The notes under the pieces: model-generated
Seen by the model: only the letters and a program-made list of their open reading frames with translations
Databases searched by the model: none
Told to the model about the DNA's origin: nothing
Part shown: positions 18,177 to 27,714 of the stretch, piece by piece
How positions within the stretch are numbered: the first letter of the stretch is position 1
How the letters are laid out: every line of letters starts with the position of its first letter
IMG/VR virus record: IMGVR_UViG_3300050581_000203
Length of the DNA stretch: 64,000 bases
Strand: one strand, 5' to 3'
Origin: an uncultured virus (IMG/VR IMGVR_UViG_3300050581_000203)
Lineage: Duplodnaviria; Heunggongvirae; Uroviricota; Caudoviricetes
Made by a program: the position numbers and the translations under genes

Positions 18177-20186
18177 TTATGCCTTCCTATACCCTCGCTT
18201 GCTGATCACCTCGTTCGCTAACGCGCCAATACGCTGGATCATGGCCTGGCGTTGCGGCGCAACTCTATCCCAGGCGCGCTGGAAGAAGTCGTCGGCTTCG
18301 GTCCCTGGGTGATTCACTTTTTGGAACTGATAGATGCGTGGTCCATCCGGCCCCTTCGCCCAAAAGAAGGTGAGCGGTTTGCTCAGGCTGTGTGCGCGAA
18401 TTTCATGCGCCCGGCTTCCGAAGAGGATCGTTCTCACGACCACCTCGGGCCGCTGTGCGTTGCCGGCGTAGACGTTGAGCGCCAGATCGGGCGATGTCTT
18501 GTTCACCACCTCGTAGCGGATGGAGTCCGCGGTGGTGCCGCTCTCGCCTTCCTTGCCGGATTGCGGACATTCCTGCCGTAGCGCCAGAGTGAATAGCCGG
18601 CCAAACTCGTCCAACTCCTTCGCCGCCTGTTCGATGAACACGGATTGCGTCATCGAGCCCGCCGGCAGGGTCGCAATGCGCTTGGGAATGATGGTGGCCA
18701 GGCGCGTAGAGTCTGCCTCAGATAGGTCTTCGTTGACCTCGACCATCCCTTCCGGCGGCGGAATCTGCGGCGCCGGCTGTTCGTCCTCCAATTCGGCCAG
18801 GGCTGCGTTGATGTCTTGCTCCCCGAAGGCCTCAAGCGCGTACTTGGCCAGGCGCCGATCCGGGACGTATTGCTTGCCGGCTGCGGTTTGAGCCGACACA
18901 AGGCTGGCGATTGCGCCGATCACGACCTGCAAATCCTTCGTCACGATAGGCGGGAAACTCACCCCGGTCCATGGGTCTTCCGGCGGCTGGATGAACCCGG
19001 CCTTTTCCGCCTGATCCACCACGAAGCGGAAGATGTCCACGATCTCGTCGCGCCAGAGTTGCTGCCAGCTCTCGAACATTTTTTGCATTGGCCCTTCCAT
19101 CTGCGTCGCCGATGCTAAGTTCGAGACACTCGGGTCGCCGGTCAGGTTCTGTTCGGTGATGCCCGTGCCGGCGGCGACTTGCTGGCGCAATATGCGGCCG
19201 TCCATATAGGATTCAGACGCCCGCGTGTCAAACTGCATTTGCTCCAGGCTGACGTTGTTGTTTTCGATGAGCGTTTGGGCGGCATCGGTGCGCTCTTTGC
19301 CGCCCGTGCCGCCATAGCGCTGGGTTGGGTTGACGCCCAGCCACTTGGACGCCATGCGTGCGACGGCCGCAGCGCTACCGACGATCTTTTGCTTGAAGGC
19401 AAACGTCGCTGCCGCAAGGGTGATCGTGGCGCGATCTTCCATGAACCCCTTGTAGGCCTTCACCCACGCGATGACGCGAAGATAGAGCGATACGCCGCGC
19501 GTGCCGTGCGAATTGATCTTAACGTGGTGCATGCACACATAGGTGTACTGATCGCCGACGGTGGCGTGAGACGCATCCGGGTTATCCCAGCTTGGGATGT
19601 AGTCGGTTACCAATTCGCTGCCGGCCCACTGCTTGCTATCCCAACTGAACGTGCGCCGCGCCCATTTGCGTTCGTAATACAGCACCTTTGACTTGTCGTC
19701 TGGGTCGGTGATGATCTGGGTAATTTCTTCCGGCTCGACGACCCGCATTTTGACGGCGCCCGTCAGGCGATTGACGAAGAAGATCTCGAACACTTCGCCG
19801 GCGAGCTGTAGTCGCTCCGACAATTGCCACTGCCCCTCGGCCTTGTTCAAGATGCCGTTGTCGCGGTCGTCCCAAAAGCGGTTGAGCGCCTTCTCGGTTT
19901 CGGGGTCCTGCGCGTCCCAGGTGATCCCGCGGCCAAAGGTGTAGTCCTTGATCAGCCGGACCGCGTTGCCCATGAGCGGGTCCAATTGCCAATAGTAATA
20001 ACTCGCTTTGATCGCTTCTTCGCGCAGCGCCGGGTCGATCTCGTGCTCTTCGTTGGCGCCGGCCAGCGTGGCCCAGCCAGGCTCTACGAGCTGCATGCCG
20101 GCGCCGATGGCCTCGACGAGTTTCTGCACGTCTCGCGGCACCATGCTCTCCCAAATCTTACGGTTAACGGCTTCTCGAATGCCCAT
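18177..20186 (-). CDS. Portal protein with a C-terminal HK97-gp10-like extension
   Basis: Follows TerL; portal body to about aa 470, then TADSIRY...FGSRAHEIRA...KVNHPGT..DDFFQRAW. Confidence 0.8.
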   Translation of the reverse strand: MGIREAVNRKIWESMVPRDVQKLVEAIGAGMQLVEPGWATLAGANEEHEIDPALREEAIKASYYYWQLDPLMGNAVRLIKDYTFGRGITWDAQDPETEKALNRFWDDRDNGILNKAEGQWQLSERLQLAGEVFEIFFVNRLTGAVKMRVVEPEEITQIITDPDDKSKVLYYERKWARRTFSWDSKQWAGSELVTDYIPSWDNPDASHATVGDQYTYVCMHHVKINSHGTRGVSLYLRVIAWVKAYKGFMEDRATITLAAATFAFKQKIVGSAAAVARMASKWLGVNPTQRYGGTGGKERTDAAQTLIENNNVSLEQMQFDTRASESYMDGRILRQQVAAGTGITEQNLTGDPSVSNLASATQMEGPMQKMFESWQQLWRDEIVDIFRFVVDQAEKAGFIQPPEDPWTGVSFPPIVTKDLQVVIGAIASLVSAQTAAGKQYVPDRRLAKYALEAFGEQDINAALAELEDEQPAPQIPPPEGMVEVNEDLSEADSTRLATIIPKRIATLPAGSMTQSVFIEQAAKELDEFGRLFTLALRQECPQSGKEGESGTTADSIRYEVVNKTSPDLALNVYAGNAQRPEVVVRTILFGSRAHEIRAHSLSKPLTFFWAKGPDGPRIYQFQKVNHPGTEADDFFQRAWDRVAPQRQAMIQRIGALANEVISKRGYRKA

Positions 20187-20197
20187 TCGTCTTCACC

Positions 20198-21577
20198 TCA
20201 ATACCCTATATCGACGCGGATCGACTCGTCGTAGAGGAGCGCCGCGCGCTCTTCCACGGCCAGGCCGTCCACGAACGCCACGGCGTAGCGCATGGCGTCC
20301 ATGCCGTGGTCGTACTCCTTCACCGGCTCTTCCTTGTCGTTCTTCGGCCACACGTAGGCGTCGAACTCCTCGACGATGGAGGCCGGCTTCTTGCCCAGCG
20401 CCGGGTCGCGCTCGACGAGCGAATCGCGCAGCACGAACAGGCGGGGCTTGCCGTCGCCGGCCTTGCGCAAACGATCCTGCACCGCTTCGATGCCGGGCTT
20501 GATCGCTTTCCACGCCGGCACGGTGGGGATGCCGGCATCGTCCAACGTGGCGCGGTCTTCGGCATCGTGATCGGAAACCGCCGCGCTGATCCGCTCGCCG
20601 GCGCTCAAGGCTTTGATCTGCTGCGCGTGATCCCTGACCAGCCGATGCGTCATGTAAATCTCGCGATACAGGTACATCCGGCCGTCGCCGTCGATGGCCC
20701 ACCATTGCGCCGTGAACGGATGGGTGTAGCCGAAGTCGATGGAAAGAATGCGACGCCACGCGCGCGGGACCTCGAAACGGTCCACCAGGTGCAGCGTCTG
20801 GTCGAAGTCGTAGACCGTGCCCTCGGCCTGCACCCAGCGCCCGAAGCGCAGCCGCTGCAAGCGCGCGCCGGTCAGCGCGTTGAGCCTGGCGATGTAGTTG
20901 AGGCCCTCCGGCGTCCAATGCCGGCCGTCGAACAGGCGCGGGTTGTCTTCGTGGCGGCTCTCCAGCATCAGCGTCTTGCCCGCAAGGGCGCGTTGCTTCA
21001 GCCAGTGGGTGGGCCGATCGGGGTTCGTGTCGGCGATGAGCTGCTGGTAGGGCATCCGGCCGTTGCGCAGGCGCGTGGTCAGCGATTCCCAATCGTCCTC
21101 GTTGAGTTCTATGGCCTCCTGAACGAAAGCCATGTCGTATTCGGTGGACATGATCTTGGACGCCTTGTCCATCCCGCCGATCACGATGACGCTGCCGTTG
21201 CTATATGGGTACGACTGGCGATGGCTCCGCTGGCCACCGTGCTCCAGGATCGGGCTGGATAGGCCGATCACGTCGCGCTCGAACGTGACCATTGCCGACT
21301 CGGTGAGCGATTCGCGCGTCTTGCGCACGATGAGCAGGCGCGAACGCGGGTAGCGCAGCGCGGCGTCGTGCAGCTTTTCAAGGCACGCGCGGCTCTTGCC
21401 GGTGCCGGCCGGGCCGCTGAGGACGATCTCAGGCGCTGTGCTCGTCATCAGTTTCGCCGCCGCTCCCCTCGGGATATAGCGTATCTGTGCCAGCAGGCGC
21501 GTCACCTCGGCGCGCTCGCGCGGCGTCAAATATGGCCATAAGCTTTGTAATTCGTTCGGCGTCTGAAAGCTCTGCAT
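20198..21577 (-). CDS. terL: Terminase large subunit (PBSX-like)
   Basis: SGPAGTGKS Walker A, FVQEAIE Walker B, DTNP, IDFGYTHP, DHGMDAMRY. Confidence 0.93.
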   Translation of the reverse strand: MQSFQTPNELQSLWPYLTPRERAEVTRLLAQIRYIPRGAAAKLMTSTAPEIVLSGPAGTGKSRACLEKLHDAALRYPRSRLLIVRKTRESLTESAMVTFERDVIGLSSPILEHGGQRSHRQSYPYSNGSVIVIGGMDKASKIMSTEYDMAFVQEAIELNEDDWESLTTRLRNGRMPYQQLIADTNPDRPTHWLKQRALAGKTLMLESRHEDNPRLFDGRHWTPEGLNYIARLNALTGARLQRLRFGRWVQAEGTVYDFDQTLHLVDRFEVPRAWRRILSIDFGYTHPFTAQWWAIDGDGRMYLYREIYMTHRLVRDHAQQIKALSAGERISAAVSDHDAEDRATLDDAGIPTVPAWKAIKPGIEAVQDRLRKAGDGKPRLFVLRDSLVERDPALGKKPASIVEEFDAYVWPKNDKEEPVKEYDHGMDAMRYAVAFVDGLAVEERAALLYDESIRVDIGY

Positions 21578-22046
21578 GCTCCTTCTCGCCCGTCGGATCG
21601 GTGGGCGCCACTTTGGTCGGCGCGTTCAAACCCATGATGGCGCGTATGTCGGTCAACGCCTGCATGGCCGTCGCCAGGTAGCGCGGATCGGCGTTCTGAT
21701 CCTTCGACTTCATCTGCGTCTCGTCGTCAGCAACCTTGCGGGTCTTGCGCGTGAGCTTGCGGGCCTCCTTCGCCGGCTGCTTGCTGGCGTTCCAGGCCTG
21801 CATGGCTTCGTCGGCGATGAACGTGAGCTGCGAGACCTGTTCGGCCTTCATGGCCGCGACCTCGGACTGCATAGTGTCCAGGATGCGCCTGGATACCCGC
21901 GCCAGCATCTTGGTCACCGTCGTGCGATCCACGCCCAACTCGGCCGCGATGCGCTCGTGCGTCCAGAACTTCTGGCGCAATTCCCAGGCGCGCCGCTCGC
22001 GCTCTCGCGCCACTTCCTTGGGCACGCTTCCCTTGCGCATATACAA
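21429..22046 (-). CDS. terS: Terminase small subunit (N-terminal HTH)
   Basis: THERIAAELGVDRTTV HTH; GLNAPTKVAPTDPTG; overlaps terL. Confidence 0.75.
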   Translation of the reverse strand: MYMRKGSVPKEVARERERRAWELRQKFWTHERIAAELGVDRTTVTKMLARVSRRILDTMQSEVAAMKAEQVSQLTFIADEAMQAWNASKQPAKEARKLTRKTRKVADDETQMKSKDQNADPRYLATAMQALTDIRAIMGLNAPTKVAPTDPTGEKEHAELSDAERITKLMAIFDAARARRGDAPAGTDTLYPEGSGGETDDEHSA

Positions 22047-22171
22047 CCTACACGAAGAAACTATTGCGAAATCCGCATACCCCTAAGGGGGAATGTGAAC
22101 GCTTGAGGTGAACAAATCGCCGGGTTCAGAGAGTCCTTCACCTTGACTTCCGGCGCCACCCGATCAAACAT

Positions 22172-22399
22172 GTGGCCATGCAAAGAACCACAACGACTAC
22201 CCGCGACGCCAAACAAGCCTATGCCAATGAGCTTGAGGCCATGCGCAGCAAGCTCGAACAGATCAACAATCAACTGCTCGAACTGGTCGGAGATGGCAGC
22301 ATCTCGGAGCGGGTGAACTGGGCTAACGTGGGCGACTTGACGCATCTGAACCATCTGCTGGACGAAGCCATCGCATTTCACGTGCCGCATATCGAATAA
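22172..22399 (+). CDS. Small hypothetical protein antisense to the late operon
   Basis: 75-aa helical ORF (VNWANVGDL) in the gap between the methyltransferase and terS; TTGACT upstream. Confidence 0.55.
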   Translation: MAMQRTTTTTRDAKQAYANELEAMRSKLEQINNQLLELVGDGSISERVNWANVGDLTHLNHLLDEAIAFHVPHIE

Positions 22400-22404
22400 C
22401 CTCA

Positions 22405-23679
22405 CTATTGAGCCAGGTGCGGCTCCAGCCCCATCCCGGCCAGGCGCTCCAGGATCACCGCCACATATTGCGGCTGCAGCTCCAGCCCATACACCAGCCG
22501 GCCCAGCCGCTCGCCCGCCACGTGCTGGCTGCCGCTCCCGCTAAACGGCTCGTAGCAGACGTCGCCGGCGACCGTGTGCTGGCGCATGGGCACTTCGAAG
22601 AGCTGCACGGGTTTGGAAGTGGGATGGAGCGTCGTCTGGCCTGGTACGGTGGTAGGCACGCTCCATACGCTGGGCGGATAGTCTTCCGCCACCCGCCTCG
22701 GCTTCTTGCCCTTCACCCAGCCGAAGAAGCACGGCTCGTGCTGCCACATGTACCAGGAACGCGTCAGCACCGGGCGGTCCTTCACCCAGATGATTTGCTG
22801 GTGGACGAACGCGCCGTGGCGCGTCCACACCGCCTCGAGCATGGCCTGATTGCGGCTGGCGTGCCAGCAATACCAGGCGGCATCTTCGCGGATGGCATGC
22901 TGCACCGCCGCCGAGATGAACCCCTCGTAGAGGGCTTCGCCCTGCTTGGCGTCGTCCCAATCGTGATAGCTGTCGCTCCAGTCCTTGTTGGCGTCGGGTT
23001 TGCTCCACTTATGCGGGTGATTATTGCCGTCGTAATCGACCAGGTAGGGCGGATCGGTGGCGAACAGCGCTGCGCGCTCGCCGTTCATCAACCGGCGCAC
23101 GTCGTCGGCGTTGGTCGCATCCCCGCACAGCAACCGGTGCGACTTGCCGGCTACGGACTTACTCGGGATCTCCCAAAGTTGGCCGAGCGTGGTTTGCCAT
23201 TTGGCTTGCAGCGCCTCCGCGGCGTCTTCCTGCGGGCCGGGGTCCTCCGCGTCGTTGCCCGCCTCAAGCGCCGGCGTCACCTGGGCCAGCAGGTCGTCGA
23301 ACTCTTGCTCGGACCAGCCCAACGTGGCGACGTCGCCGGCCTGCTGCAGCAGGTTGGCGAGCGTCTCTTCGTCCCACTCGCCCAACTCCGACGAGCGGTT
23401 ATCGACGAGCGCCAGGCGCGTGGCCTGCAAGTCGTCGCAGTCCAGCCGCACCGCGTCGCATTCCGGCCAGAGCAACTGGCGCATCGCCTCGTATGCGCCG
23501 TTGCCGACCAGGATGCGCCCGGTGGCGCGCTGCACGACCAGCGGGCGATACTGGCCGTGCTCCAGGAGAGACGCCTTGATGACGTCGATATTGCGCTGCG
23601 GATGGCGCTTGGCGTTCGCCGCATCGGGGTGCAGCTCCGCCAGCGGGACGCGTTCGATCTGAATGCCTTCGATCTTCAT
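22405..23679 (-). CDS. ParB-like N-terminal domain fused to an N4/N6 DNA methyltransferase
   Basis: NAKRH...ILVGNG...DNR; TDPPY, HPTSKPV, EPFSGSGS. Confidence 0.9.
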   Translation of the reverse strand: MKIEGIQIERVPLAELHPDAANAKRHPQRNIDVIKASLLEHGQYRPLVVQRATGRILVGNGAYEAMRQLLWPECDAVRLDCDDLQATRLALVDNRSSELGEWDEETLANLLQQAGDVATLGWSEQEFDDLLAQVTPALEAGNDAEDPGPQEDAAEALQAKWQTTLGQLWEIPSKSVAGKSHRLLCGDATNADDVRRLMNGERAALFATDPPYLVDYDGNNHPHKWSKPDANKDWSDSYHDWDDAKQGEALYEGFISAAVQHAIREDAAWYCWHASRNQAMLEAVWTRHGAFVHQQIIWVKDRPVLTRSWYMWQHEPCFFGWVKGKKPRRVAEDYPPSVWSVPTTVPGQTTLHPTSKPVQLFEVPMRQHTVAGDVCYEPFSGSGSQHVAGERLGRLVYGLELQPQYVAVILERLAGMGLEPHLAQ

Positions 23680-23691
23680 GGTTGCGCCTGC

Positions 23692-26214
23692 CTATACCTT
23701 CCGCGACCACTTGGTCACGTCCACTTCAGGAGACGCCAGGTATTCCCCGATCCCATAGCCGGGCGTCCACTGCGGGTCATCCATGGCCAGGGTGAAGATG
23801 GTGCCGCCCAGATACGGCGTGGGATAGCTCACGCCGTCGATCACGAGCGGCTCGCACACCAGGTCGAGCGCCCGGATGACCCAACGCTGGCAGCCGGCCG
23901 GCCCCAGCGCCTGCGCTACCATGCCGCCCTTTCCGCCTTCGTCGCAGCCGGTTTCCGAGCTGAAGATCTCTGAAACGTTTGGGTCGAGTTCGATCCCCAT
24001 TTCGGGCCAGAAACAGAACAAGTAGCGGGTGAGAAACCAGTCGCACGGACGGATCGTGCGCGTCGTGCTGGGGAGCGCCGAGGCCAGGGCTTTGCTCGTG
24101 TCGGGCACCATCCACGTCACCTCGTGCTCGTCGCGCCCGGCTTTGGCGCGAACCACCTTGACGGGGCCGGGGTACATCACGAGAGCGGGGACGTCGCTCG
24201 TGGCGCTGGCCTTCGCGCCGAGCGCGCTCGCGGCGACGGCGGGCACGGTCATGTCCGGATAGAGCCAGTTGGGCGTCGGCACGTAGTTGTGCCAGTCGAA
24301 GCGGATTTCGGCTCGCGTGCCGTCCTTGGTGCCCTCGATGGTCTGGTAGTTATACAAACCCTTGAAGAAGTCGCGCAGGCCTTTGCGCACTTCCTCGTCC
24401 GTGACGTCGGGGCAACCCATCGGCATGCAACAGATCGCAAATCGGCGATACCCGGCGGCGTAGGCGATCTTCATCGTGTCGATGTACTTCTGGGCGATGC
24501 GCTTCAGCCAGGCGTAGGCGGTCTCGTCGCCGCGCCGGCCGAATCCCCAATCGCCTTCGTTGTTGACGATCAGCCCGACGTTGGCTTTGACGTCGTCGGG
24601 CAAGGCCTGCTGCAGGGCGACGATCTGCGACGGGGACCAGTCGGAATTCTCCTTCCACGTGCGCTGCCACACGTCGTGCCCGTCGCGCGCCAGGCGCGCC
24701 GCCTCGTCCGCGTTCATGCAAGTGAACATGGTCTTGCCGCCGTTCAGCCGCGAGCGCAGCGGCTCGCCGGTCGAATGCAGCGTGTGCGCCCCGATCACGC
24801 GCATCGTCGTCAGGTTGATCGTGGTGCGCCTGGTGATCGAAAAGTTCGCGGCGCCGGCGTCTTCGTAATACTCGGCGACGAACGTGTGCCGCCCGGCGGC
24901 CAGCGTCCTGGTCACGACGTAGGTGGCGACCTGCGGCACCCACTTGTCCAGCGCCATCTCGCCGTCGACGTAGAAGCGCACGCCGTCGTCGGCGCCGATG
25001 CTCCATTGGTAGGCGGCAGCGGGCAACGTCGCTACTTGCGTGAAGCGCGCGCTGAAGTGGTCGCTAGGGACGAGTGAATCGGGGCTGCCGGTGCCCAGTT
25101 GCATCGACAGGTCCGGCCCCGCATAGGTCTTGCTGACGATGGGATCGCCCTGCAGGGATTCGTTCGCCCAGAACTGGGCGGCCCAATCGCCTTCCGCCAC
25201 GGCCGGCGCGACGGTGATCGCGATCTCTTTCGCGACGTACTCGCCCGCTACCAGGCACTTGAGCGCGTAGGTCGTCGAGGCCTGCGGCGTCAGCTTGACG
25301 ACGACCGGTTGCACCGACCCGTCCAGCGGGTGATCGACGCCGTCGTAGACCAGCCAGGCGCCGTCCACGTGCTCGAAGTGCATGCTGAGCGTCACGGCGA
25401 CGCCGGCGGCGATACTGGTCGCGTCGGCCGAGAATTCGATGATCGGGTCCGGCGCGATCTCCGCCACCGTCAGCGGCGCCGGGACGTCTACATAGGGCTG
25501 GCTGCTGCCGGTGATGCGCAGGCCGGCCAGGTCGCCCTGGATGGTGAGCGGCAGCGGCAGGCTGGTTACCTTGCCGTCGCCCGAGGTGATTTGTACGTTG
25601 GTCATGGTTTCACGCTTGAACAAGGTGCTAAGCGGGACGCTCAGCACGTCTAAATCGATGTAGGTGGAGGCGGCGCCGTAGCGCTGGCCGTCGCCGCTGG
25701 AGCTGTGCTGCCAGATCGTGTAGGTCGCCCAGGGCTTGGGGATGACGAGGCTGGCGGCGGGGACGTATTCGCCGAGCCAAAGCAGGTATTCCGACAGCCA
25801 AGGCGCATTGCCCACGTAGGGCATATACCAGGCGCCGGTGTACACGACGGGTTTGCGCCCGGCGATGCGCTCCACCTCCGCCAGGCAGGTTTGCAGGCTC
25901 TCGCGCCAGGTTGCGCTCCACGCCTGCTTGGGAGATTCGACGTCGACCGCCGGCGGAAGTTCGCCGTAGTCGTCGCCCAGGCGCGCAAACAGCGCACGCG
26001 CCTGAAGCAAGGGGTTGATCTGCGGGTAGAAGGCCAGGTAGGGCCCGCGCGGCAATAGCCCCCTGGACGCGGACCAGTTGGCGTCGATGCGCGTGTCGGG
26101 GAGGGTGCCGTCGGAAGCGCGAATCCAGGCGAACTGTGCCTGCGCGGCGAGCGTCCGCCAGTTGATGCTCCCCTGGTATTGCGAGACGTCCACCCCATTT
26201 TCGTAGCTATCCAT
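23692..26214 (-). CDS. Multidomain endolysin: GH25 muramidase, Ig-like domain, PA14 domain and an uncharacterised C-terminal domain
   Basis: GVDVSQYQG, AVDVE, IDLD (GH25); FSARF...ADDGVRFYVDG...EYYE (PA14). Confidence 0.85.
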   Translation of the reverse strand: MDSYENGVDVSQYQGSINWRTLAAQAQFAWIRASDGTLPDTRIDANWSASRGLLPRGPYLAFYPQINPLLQARALFARLGDDYGELPPAVDVESPKQAWSATWRESLQTCLAEVERIAGRKPVVYTGAWYMPYVGNAPWLSEYLLWLGEYVPAASLVIPKPWATYTIWQHSSSGDGQRYGAASTYIDLDVLSVPLSTLFKRETMTNVQITSGDGKVTSLPLPLTIQGDLAGLRITGSSQPYVDVPAPLTVAEIAPDPIIEFSADATSIAAGVAVTLSMHFEHVDGAWLVYDGVDHPLDGSVQPVVVKLTPQASTTYALKCLVAGEYVAKEIAITVAPAVAEGDWAAQFWANESLQGDPIVSKTYAGPDLSMQLGTGSPDSLVPSDHFSARFTQVATLPAAAYQWSIGADDGVRFYVDGEMALDKWVPQVATYVVTRTLAAGRHTFVAEYYEDAGAANFSITRRTTINLTTMRVIGAHTLHSTGEPLRSRLNGGKTMFTCMNADEAARLARDGHDVWQRTWKENSDWSPSQIVALQQALPDDVKANVGLIVNNEGDWGFGRRGDETAYAWLKRIAQKYIDTMKIAYAAGYRRFAICCMPMGCPDVTDEEVRKGLRDFFKGLYNYQTIEGTKDGTRAEIRFDWHNYVPTPNWLYPDMTVPAVAASALGAKASATSDVPALVMYPGPVKVVRAKAGRDEHEVTWMVPDTSKALASALPSTTRTIRPCDWFLTRYLFCFWPEMGIELDPNVSEIFSSETGCDEGGKGGMVAQALGPAGCQRWVIRALDLVCEPLVIDGVSYPTPYLGGTIFTLAMDDPQWTPGYGIGEYLASPEVDVTKWSRKV

Positions 26215-26519
26215 TACTTCTCCTTATCTGGCATGGGCACCGGCACGCCGCCCAGGCTGACCACCTGGTCGCACAACAGCTTGACCCAGGCGCGCAGTTG
26301 CCGGTTCTCGGCCTTCACTTCGATGATTTCCGTCTGCTGGCCGTCGATTTGCTTCTGCATGCTCTCCATCTCTTTGTGAGCACGCTCCAGGACCCGTTCG
26401 GTGATCTGGCTTTCCAGGTCCTCGCGTTCGGCATTCGTCTTGCGCCTGGTCGATAGGGCGATGAGGAGCGCGGTAATTGCGGAGATAAAGCCCAGCGCAT
26501 CGGCTATGGTGATTTGCAT
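26214..26519 (-). CDS. Lysis-region membrane protein (1 TM plus coiled coil)
   Basis: Start MQITIADALG; hydrophobic N-terminus followed by heptads. Confidence 0.65.
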   Translation of the reverse strand: MQITIADALGFISAITALLIALSTRRKTNAEREDLESQITERVLERAHKEMESMQKQIDGQQTEIIEVKAENRQLRAWVKLLCDQVVSLGGVPVPMPDKEK

Positions 26520-26521
26520 AT

Positions 26522-26791
26522 CTACTGATCCAAAATGGCATAGCCTGCGAGAATGCCAAGCAGGGCCATCAAAGCCGGCCACAGAAGCGTTCCCCCCACA
26601 GGCATGAACTCAACGACATGAAACAGCGACACGATCATGACGACGGCCACGTAGAAGGTGACGCCGGCGGCAATGAAGCGCCAGGCGCGCATGGCGTCTT
26701 TCCGGCGTAGCGCGCTGCGCAGGTTCAATGCCGCCGTGACGATCCCCAGCGCGGCCGTCAGTAGCTGGATCAGATCGGGCGTCATGGCCAT
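26522..26791 (-). CDS. Lysis-region 3-TM membrane protein
   Basis: MAMTPDLIQLL...; three hydrophobic segments; TAATG coupling. Confidence 0.6.
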   Translation of the reverse strand: MAMTPDLIQLLTAALGIVTAALNLRSALRRKDAMRAWRFIAAGVTFYVAVVMIVSLFHVVEFMPVGGTLLWPALMALLGILAGYAILDQ

Positions 26792-27279
26792 TACGGCTGC
26801 GGGCCGTCCGGACTGCCCGTGACGTCGCCGATCGGCACTGGGATGGGGAACCCGAGGTCTTCCAGGTTCTGGACGATGGCGCTGGCGATCTGCGCTTCGA
26901 TGAACGCCCAGGCGGAGATGGCCACATAGCCAAACTCGATGGCGTCGCCGAAGAGCTTGAACACGTAATAGACGAGCACGTAGGGGATCAGGTCGAACAG
27001 AAAATCCCCTAGGCGCTGAAAGGTGAAATTGCGTTGCTTGACCGCGAGCGCCACAGCCAGCGCCGTGTTGGCGATCACGCTGAGCGCGATGACCTTCACA
27101 CCGTCGTATGACCAGATACTGAGCACAATTGCTTTCAGTGTGGCCAGCACGGCGCTCGCGTCGGCCGAGGGCGTGCCGGGCGGGGCTGCCAATGCCGGCT
27201 GGGCGAAGGCGAGCGACAGAACCGCGGCGACGAACAGGAAGAGACTGGGCTTGCGAACGAATTGGAACTTGCGAAACAT
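26791..27279 (-). CDS. Putative holin
   Basis: Multi-TM protein, SAIVQNLEDLGFPIP holin-like end, GGAGG RBS. Confidence 0.6.
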   Translation of the reverse strand: MFRKFQFVRKPSLFLFVAAVLSLAFAQPALAAPPGTPSADASAVLATLKAIVLSIWSYDGVKVIALSVIANTALAVALAVKQRNFTFQRLGDFLFDLIPYVLVYYVFKLFGDAIEFGYVAISAWAFIEAQIASAIVQNLEDLGFPIPVPIGDVTGSPDGPQP

Positions 27280-27292
27280 AGTGCACCTCCGA

Positions 27293-27385
27293 GAAAAATA
27301 AAAAGCGCGGCATCTCAAGTGAGAATGCCGCGCGACTACCCGCTTTTGGCGTTTGGCTGGGCTATGTCCAGCCGTTATTCAAATG
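27293..27385 (-). terminator. Late leader element A: TTGAATA, small hairpin, conserved motif and terminator before the lysis/packaging genes
   Basis: Minus strand ttgaataac-ggctggacatagcccagcc-aaacgccaaAAGCGGGTAGTCGCGCGGcattctcacttgagatgCCGCGC-tttttattttt. Confidence 0.75.
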
Positions 27386-27396
27386 TAACGAGCCGG

Positions 27397-27675
27397 TCAG
27401 GTTGGCGGGAGATTGACCCCCAGGAAGTTGAGCGTGTCGGTGATGGCATCGCTACTCGTGGCGATGTCCTTCTGCGCATTGCGGACCGTGATGCGGCCCT
27501 CGTCCTCGTTGATATTGAACGTCAGTTCATAGTGCGTGACTCCCCCCTTGTGGTTCCGCTGGCGCATGCGGCGCCAGACGGCCATGAAATTCGCCTCCAG
27601 GTTATCCTCCAGGCGAACGAGGCACATACTGCTCCTTACGGATTGTTGAGAATCTGAAACTGTTGTTCGTGCCAT
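27397..27675 (-). CDS. Small hypothetical protein (92 aa); candidate late-gene regulator
   Basis: ORF between leader elements D and A with its own sigma70-type promoter. Confidence 0.6.
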   Translation of the reverse strand: MARTTVSDSQQSVRSSMCLVRLEDNLEANFMAVWRRMRQRNHKGGVTHYELTFNINEDEGRITVRNAQKDIATSSDAITDTLNFLGVNLPPT

Positions 27676-27681
27676 ATCACC

Positions 27682-27710
27682 ATTCTATGAAACGGGTGTT
27701 CTAGCGTCAA
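27682..27710 (-). promoter_or_regulatory. Sigma70-type promoter with an overlapping LexA-box-like site
   Basis: TTGACG-17 bp-TAGAAT; spacer contains AGAAC-ACCC-GTTTC; ATG lies 6 nt after the -10 box (leaderless). Confidence 0.65.
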
Positions 27711-27714
27711 TCGG

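Noticed and set aside
21429..21577. 149-nt terS/terL overlap as a frameshift or pseudogene
   Set aside because: terL has its own AAGGAG RBS and both ORFs are intact
22405..23679. Methyltransferase as part of a restriction-modification system
   Set aside because: No adjacent endonuclease; ParB-methyltransferase fusions next to terminase genes are common in phages
22408..23973. Long antisense ORFs (e.g. 22408-23973, 8721-9809, 14085-15098, 44544-45929, 50884-52020)
   Set aside because: They shadow well-supported genes in high-GC DNA and have no recognisable motifs
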